A DNA stretch of 64,000 nt, from positions 128,749 through 192,748 of IMG/VR virus record IMGVR_UViG_3300010049_000010. One strand, 5' to 3'. A model generated the notes under the pieces. It had not been told where the DNA came from. It saw nothing but the letters and a program-made list of their open reading frames with translations, and searched no databases. A program made the translations under genes and the position numbers. Shown here piece after piece: positions 59,201-64,000 of this stretch; position 1 is the stretch's first letter; every line of letters starts with the position of its first letter. The DNA is from a virus. Lineage: Duplodnaviria; Heunggongvirae; Uroviricota; Caudoviricetes.

Positions 59201-61770
59201 ATCCTCCTCCAGCATTTGCATTTCATACATCAAGCGGCGGCGCCGCCAACAGCACAACTAGAGCTCAATTGACAAATGATATGATAATAAAAGTTCTTCC
59301 TAGACAACAAATTAGAATAAGAGTATTATATCCTGAAGGGTCTCTTGGTCTTAAATATTTTACTATTGATATGGCTCACCTCAAACAACAAAATTCTGAA
59401 ATTATTGGGTGGGAATTAAATCCAAATAATTGGCATCCTAATAATAATTCTACTAGTGGATATCCAGTAATGAATAATAAAATAACTCCATATAAACATT
59501 TTCCTACGGAAGATAACCCTCTTAGAGCTAATTCTAATAAATATAGTAGTACAAATATAGATGGACGAAATCACGCATTTGGATTTTGGATGCCTGATCA
59601 TAATGTTTTATTATTTCTTAAGTTAATTGATTCAAGAATACGATTTAATATATATCCAAATTTATCTCAATTTGAAAAAAATAGAACGAGAGTAATAAGA
59701 GGAGTCAGAGTTCAATTTATTGATAATTTAACTGTTAACACGCTTCCTGAAACTATATTTAGACCTTTTACGGGACAACATCAAAATGTCGGAACTCCAA
59801 TACCAAATAATTCTAATGGATTATCAAAATTAGTTTTTGATAATAATTTAAATAATAAATCTCGTGCAATTAAAATTAAAGCAGGTACACTCGTTTTCGT
59901 TACAGTACAATTTTATGATATATATCAAAGACTAGATTCAATGGACTTAGCATCCCAAACTCCATTTATTGAAATATATACACCAGGAGAACATGCAGGA
60001 AACAGTCAATCAAATCCATTAAATACAATATTTGGCATGTCAAATAATCAATTACATCAAATACCATCAGAATTATTAATGAATTATAATAATTCCACTG
60101 CTACTGCTCCTTATAATAATCAAGGGGGCCTAGCAACTAATGACCTTAATGGAATTATAGATCCAAATACCGGCGCGCGAACAAACAATAGAGGATTTAG
60201 AAATAATATTGAATATCATCAAATGTTTGTTTTTATAGCTCCCGATGAAGATTTAAACTTAAGTTTACGTTGGGAAGAAAGAACATATCAAATAAATTTA
60301 AATATTACAAAATTATTTTTTGTATATCAAATAATTAAAGATAAATCTAATTTAAGTTTAGCTGTTAGAAATTTAACATCATCATCTAATCCCTTACATA
60401 ATATTAATAATATGATGTTTCCATCTGATTTTCCACATTTTACATATGCAAAAGTTTATACAGATAATGAACACAGTCCTAATAATCCTAATATAGAAGA
60501 TAATCGTTTAGAATTGATATTTGAACTTATTTTAGGTTTAAGATTAAAAAGAGATCATAATACGATGTTGATCTTAAAACAAGCTAGTAATTATTTTGTA
60601 TCAAATTCTAGTTCTTTAGGGACTGGAGTTCCAACAACACCACCTTCGTTCCAATCATCAACATCAGGTGGGCCTGGCGGTCTCATAAAAACAGATCCAA
60701 ATGATAGATATTTTCGCCTTGTTACTTCTGGTGGAACATTTTTGATGACCTCGGGAGATGACCCAACTTATAGATTTGAGTTTCCAGTATTTAAAAGTAA
60801 CTTAAACGTATTTTTAAATGTAAATTTTCCTCAAAATACTATTATTCATTCTGATTTTGCATATAATTGTAATGGGTCTATTGTTTTAGATATTGGTTCA
60901 TATACAATTTATTTAGCTGGAGCTCATGGTGGCGGCGGTGGTGTTGCCGTTTATACTGGCGTAAGATTAGGAAGACAAGATGAATGTAAATATTATAATG
61001 GATTTGGGCATTACGGTCATTGGGCTAAACTCGATGTGTATGTTACTACATATACAACATTAAGATATAAATTAGGATCACCAGGTAATGATGGTTATTC
61101 AGCAGCTCAATCTGCTTCAGGCGGAGGCGGAGGCGGAGGTGGAACTTCAAATATTGCATTTAGTAGAGAAGTAAATTATAGAATAAATGTGGCAGGAGTA
61201 TTAGATACTGCATCATCTAATACAAATGGTAGAAGATTCTTTGTTGCTGGTGGAAATGGGGGTAGAGGTGAACGACATGCTTGGCTGGCTTTAGCATTTC
61301 CATTTTTTGAATTATCAGGTGGTGGCATTTCTAGATGGAATTTAAGTTTACCTAATATAGCTCCAAAATATGAAACTATTGGAAATACTGCTGAGGGTGG
61401 CGATGGTGGAGCTGGTGGATATAATTCTGCTATCACACATAGTCATACAAATATACCAAATAATAATAGAACTACGATTCCACCATATCCTCACGGACAA
61501 AAAGGAAGAGAAGGTAAAGGTACACAAGTATTTAATACTCCTATGGTGCCTGATGGTGGAACGCCTGGTTCAGGTTTTCCAATATCACCAGTGGGAAATC
61601 ATCCAAATCATATTGAGATGGCAGATGGAAGATCTAGTATGAATATTAATCAAAATATTTTAATAAATAGAAGTAACGAATTAAATGGAACTTATTCAAG
61701 AAATGGATTTATCGTTATTGTTCACAATTCATCTCCGCATCAAACACCAAATGTTAATTTAGGGCCGTAA
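56215..61770 (+). CDS. Giant putative tail/receptor-binding protein with C-terminal glycine-rich domain
   Basis: 1851 aa; LAGAHGGGGG, SGGGGGGGGTS, VAGGNGGRG, GGDGGAGG, NGFIVI. Confidence 0.6.
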   Translation: MENTFNFLLQNDDLKYVFKEIIVVNKQTKEIISEYRGPLYILPPPDGQSVITIKKINGTANDDIVATYKMNLYDVTEKSMPIIEDIDDETKITEDQLKDLNNVVKFRSSRYPMNYIVVDDFVEGNKSVPELLERGYYSITLSGAGRNSLTSGAIINQDTKFALNLPNTAPGGVSRSNIATLQKSVTRDDLFLLNNFTWRRIQKNMTSEGEEEFQWEGSYSYSKDILILSLEREIYSEPFIGHPDDKPAGIILNKKIKFFGIVLSPVPKLFIPDEPAVSGASNEQIDAYRDWILEHTPSNRQVIIAAYLDDDTTDLMYNYLSKRPLANLPQQTPQYRAAVGSTTGLPTTHPPIEDLIGGVRETFSSIDYSTQSLTSGDHGQLLNLINYYSDINTPITYVIGNITNTPGTTSMGRGTTGSFSPNFSAASGGEIEDINNKTNFGGHGGDKVLNTYDFWERREMKAGPPEPQATIESDEDYKKRIRRHKLERAYINIEYLGVYAAAMRNITISGDEGTEENPIFSYENDKRDISTIWDSPPTERTSLLNENNPNLKKVTAGREAAIYFSVAKRYEVDLENTYFIDTDLPEEDPTRKTKIIEMPDFDFVKIDNNRRVIYFKVPHKGKNYLVDLAHKDRKFYFHAVFDTNIVDSVIIRKNDDDHQYKYKKEYEDENGRCLFYDDIEDNNTKKEFFFHAGNKLKIEVFYKNDDVILVKDLLNFYIEDCYPLENGETTTQKRTRLRSSNKYRITKTNKAKQTIDIDTAPTRDMVLFLKTENLYTVSVDINDVMSKNLNHINFLNSTYFNQTKYIRVWRRDTNNTNGNGFPPPEDRPVLTPTTALTPPMGNWLSLPIIEKFTYGEILHFDVYFKYDPILNYNENGSRYFILEENIGLKSEYSNIFITPRITIPSKDDYYDGGVPGENSSLGRLQKISFAMPARNVSLNLQDKDCGVTFQIKHDLNSEYTAGGSCTVDYCFPYRNHPLPNIEDRHNGIPLAGSNGNPPPAFAFHTSSGGAANSTTRAQLTNDMIIKVLPRQQIRIRVLYPEGSLGLKYFTIDMAHLKQQNSEIIGWELNPNNWHPNNNSTSGYPVMNNKITPYKHFPTEDNPLRANSNKYSSTNIDGRNHAFGFWMPDHNVLLFLKLIDSRIRFNIYPNLSQFEKNRTRVIRGVRVQFIDNLTVNTLPETIFRPFTGQHQNVGTPIPNNSNGLSKLVFDNNLNNKSRAIKIKAGTLVFVTVQFYDIYQRLDSMDLASQTPFIEIYTPGEHAGNSQSNPLNTIFGMSNNQLHQIPSELLMNYNNSTATAPYNNQGGLATNDLNGIIDPNTGARTNNRGFRNNIEYHQMFVFIAPDEDLNLSLRWEERTYQINLNITKLFFVYQIIKDKSNLSLAVRNLTSSSNPLHNINNMMFPSDFPHFTYAKVYTDNEHSPNNPNIEDNRLELIFELILGLRLKRDHNTMLILKQASNYFVSNSSSLGTGVPTTPPSFQSSTSGGPGGLIKTDPNDRYFRLVTSGGTFLMTSGDDPTYRFEFPVFKSNLNVFLNVNFPQNTIIHSDFAYNCNGSIVLDIGSYTIYLAGAHGGGGGVAVYTGVRLGRQDECKYYNGFGHYGHWAKLDVYVTTYTTLRYKLGSPGNDGYSAAQSASGGGGGGGGTSNIAFSREVNYRINVAGVLDTASSNTNGRRFFVAGGNGGRGERHAWLALAFPFFELSGGGISRWNLSLPNIAPKYETIGNTAEGGDGGAGGYNSAITHSHTNIPNNNRTTIPPYPHGQKGREGKGTQVFNTPMVPDGGTPGSGFPISPVGNHPNHIEMADGRSSMNINQNILINRSNELNGTYSRNGFIVIVHNSSPHQTPNVNLGP

Positions 61771-62301
61771 TTCTTTTCTTTTAAATTTGAATCCAACCAT
61801 AAAAGTATCAATTAATTCTCGATGAACTTCTAATAAATTCTTTCTTTTTCTTAATAAAAATTCTAAATTTCTTTTCATTCTTTCTATCTGTTTTAATTTT
61901 GGTTTGTCTAAACAATTATGAAGCATATCGCCCAATTTTATCGTTAATGCGTCATTGCTTAATTTAAGAATTTTAAAATTCATATAATCTTCTTTTTCCA
62001 TACCGTCTAAATCTGGACTATTAGTAACTTCTTTAACGAGATCAGCAACATCTTTTCCATAATATTCTAATATATGTTCATAATCAACTTCAGTGTCTTC
62101 TACAGTGTCATGTAATTCTGCTGCACAGAGAGCGGGCTCACTTGCTCCGTAACTTTCTAATAAATCGGCAACAGTTTGAGGGTGTTTCCAATATGGGTCA
62201 TTACTTCCTTTTCGTCTTTGTCCCATATCATCATGAGCGATTCTAGCAAATTCTCTAGCAAGAGCTTGTCTTTTTGAAACAAGTTCATTTAAATGTGTCA
62301 T
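61759..62301 (-). CDS. HD-domain hydrolase, Mesh1/SpoT-type (p)ppGpp hydrolase-like
   Basis: AH..GQRRKG..DPYWKHP, AAELHDTVEDT, LVKEVT, IKLGDMLHN. Confidence 0.88.
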   Translation of the reverse strand: MTHLNELVSKRQALAREFARIAHDDMGQRRKGSNDPYWKHPQTVADLLESYGASEPALCAAELHDTVEDTEVDYEHILEYYGKDVADLVKEVTNSPDLDGMEKEDYMNFKILKLSNDALTIKLGDMLHNCLDKPKLKQIERMKRNLEFLLRKRKNLLEVHRELIDTFMVGFKFKRKELRP

Positions 62302-62302
62302 A

Positions 62303-62650
62303 TTATTTAGTAAGCAAAGATTCTATTTCGTCGTGAGTCATCCAACGGCTATGTACTGGCTGTAATTCATATTTCGTTTTAGTTAACATTGTTTCTATTG
62401 GGACAGTGGCATAAGTTATTTCTACCGCTCTAAAAGAAACGACATCATCTTTTTTAATTTTAATATTTTCCATTGCTTCTGCTTTTGCTTTATTGATGTC
62501 TTTATTAGGCGTCATATTAGAATAAGCTCGAGCAGTTTTTCTAAACACTTCTATTATTACAAGATATCGTTTTTCAGAATATATTTTATCATCTATTGGA
62601 GTTACGCTTTCTAATTTAATGCCTAATTTATCAGCAAACTTGTCTAACAT
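62303..62650 (-). CDS. Hypothetical protein
   Basis: 115 aa; AGGAG SD. Confidence 0.6.
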   Translation of the reverse strand: MLDKFADKLGIKLESVTPIDDKIYSEKRYLVIIEVFRKTARAYSNMTPNKDINKAKAEAMENIKIKKDDVVSFRAVEITYATVPIETMLTKTKYELQPVHSRWMTHDEIESLLTK

Positions 62651-63887
62651 AAGTTAGGCTCCTATATAGACGAACCATCTTTGGAATAATTCTTTTTATA
62701 TCGTAATAATTAAAACCAGATGATGAGCCTTTTGACATTGTTTCTCTCAATTCAGCAGAATCAATAACATCACACATTGCTTGAACATATGCAGTTTTAT
62801 CTATAATTCCAGAATTATTAATTTCAATTAAAATTCCACCATTAAATTCTATTTCTTCTTCCCCAGTATAATCTACATAAATAGCGCTATTCACTATTTC
62901 AGTAACACCAGGCGCTTTAGTCGCAATAATTGGAAGTCCAGCTGATAATGCTTCTAACGCGGCATAACTACAAGTTTCACAAGCAGTCGCAATTAAACTG
63001 CAATCAACATACGCGTATAATTCTATTAATTTGTCAGGATGCAATACGCCGTAAGATTTAACAGGTAAATCTTTTTGTTTTATTATTTCTAATAATTTTT
63101 TATCAGCTGATCCAGCCCATAACACTTCAAATTGTCTGCCAGTATTTTTAACTTCTTCTATGATATCTAAGAGCTGATCCATTCCTTTCAATGGACTGCT
63201 ATGACCTACAAAAATAAATCTAAAAATATCATCAGTTTTTTCTTTCTTTTCTATTTTTTCAACACCATTATTTATTATAGAATATTGAGACAAAAATCCC
63301 ACTCTTTCGTAATATTTAGCTGCGTCTACAGTGTTTAATATAACATGGTCTGCTAATTCTAGTGCTTGATAAGTTTCAGCTGATTCAATAAAATCTTTAG
63401 ATTCATCTAAAAATAATTTGTTTAATTCTTCATATTTTTTTCTATCAATACGAATAGCTTCCCTATATGGAACGCAATGCATGGCACATATATGAACAGC
63501 TTTTACTTTTCTTCTGAGATAAGTAATTAAAGAATAAAGATTTAGACAGTTAGACTGTATAATGAGATTATGTTTATGTAAAAATAAATGCTTAAAATTA
63601 TCCCAAAATTGATCGTACATATGTTCTAACGGAGTCACATTTGGATTATATCTAATAAATGATTGGTCTTTTCCAATAATCCACTCTGTTTTCTTTGAAG
63701 CTAAAAAAGTAATTTGTTCATGTCTTATTTCTGGAGGATAATTTTCTCTTAAAGTTTTAATATATCTGTCTACACCTGAAAAGTTTCCATCTGAAGTTAT
63801 ATTAAGATGAATTATATTTATTATTTCTTTATATTTTTCTTTTGCGAAATTCTTTTTTTCTGTTAAATCGTTTGGTTGATAAGCCAC
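62631..63887 (-). CDS. Glycosyltransferase family 4 (GT-B)
   Basis: SGVDRY, INNGV, FVGHSSPLKG, ETCSYAALEALSAGLPIIAT. Confidence 0.9.
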   Translation of the reverse strand: MAYQPNDLTEKKNFAKEKYKEIINIIHLNITSDGNFSGVDRYIKTLRENYPPEIRHEQITFLASKKTEWIIGKDQSFIRYNPNVTPLEHMYDQFWDNFKHLFLHKHNLIIQSNCLNLYSLITYLRRKVKAVHICAMHCVPYREAIRIDRKKYEELNKLFLDESKDFIESAETYQALELADHVILNTVDAAKYYERVGFLSQYSIINNGVEKIEKKEKTDDIFRFIFVGHSSPLKGMDQLLDIIEEVKNTGRQFEVLWAGSADKKLLEIIKQKDLPVKSYGVLHPDKLIELYAYVDCSLIATACETCSYAALEALSAGLPIIATKAPGVTEIVNSAIYVDYTGEEEIEFNGGILIEINNSGIIDKTAYVQAMCDVIDSAELRETMSKGSSSGFNYYDIKRIIPKMVRLYRSLTYVRQVC

Positions 63888-64000
63888 ATAATTATCACAC
63901 TTAATTAAAGATTTAGAAAGATTCGTAAGTTTTCCATATTTTAGTAAAGAACAGCATAACTTAAAAAAATCTGGCTCAATAATACCAACATTTCTAAACA

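Noticed and set aside
771..61642. Many 60-127 aa antisense or nested ORFs (e.g. 771..1073, 7743..8030, 45960..46343, 54166..54534)
   Set aside because: They lie inside well-supported long genes, lack an RBS or motifs, and read like reverse-strand shadows.
1..64000. Stop-codon reassignment
   Set aside because: Code 11 gives dense, full-length genes, and TAA, TAG and TGA all end plausible genes.
1..64000. CRISPR array, DGR, tRNA or IS element
   Set aside because: No spaced direct repeats, reverse transcriptase, cloverleaf or transposase seen by eye, and intergenic gaps are short. tRNAscan and CRISPR finders were not run.

Overview
This AT-rich, densely coding window (standard code 11) looks like part of a large, probably jumbo, T4-like tailed bacteriophage genome. 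It contains a terminase large subunit, a tail-tube-like protein, three very large putative virion proteins, rIIA/rIIB, DnaB plus a DnaC-like loader, and putative SSB and UvsY. Host-like accessory genes include GroEL, Hsp20, MetK, a FliN-like protein, a MoxR-vWA pair, an AAA ATPase, an NrdG-like radical SAM enzyme, a Mesh1-like HD hydrolase, a GT4 glycosyltransferase and two metallophosphoesterases. MetK, FliN and a lipobox hint at a spirochaete (Treponema-like) host, which is an inference. Four things stand out: (1) a long eukaryote/thaumarchaeal-type topoisomerase IB with all five catalytic residues; (2) a phage-borne flagellar switch FliN homologue; (3) two membrane/coiled-coil proteins encoded in different frames of the same ~455 bp from one ribosome-binding site, a possible non-canonical spanin pair; (4) three recurring promoter-like motifs, two of which sit exactly 6 nt before an SD-less ATG in 13 genes, implying widespread leaderless mRNAs. 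I saw no CRISPR array, tRNA, rRNA or IS element. All family assignments come from motifs recognised by eye, with no database searches.
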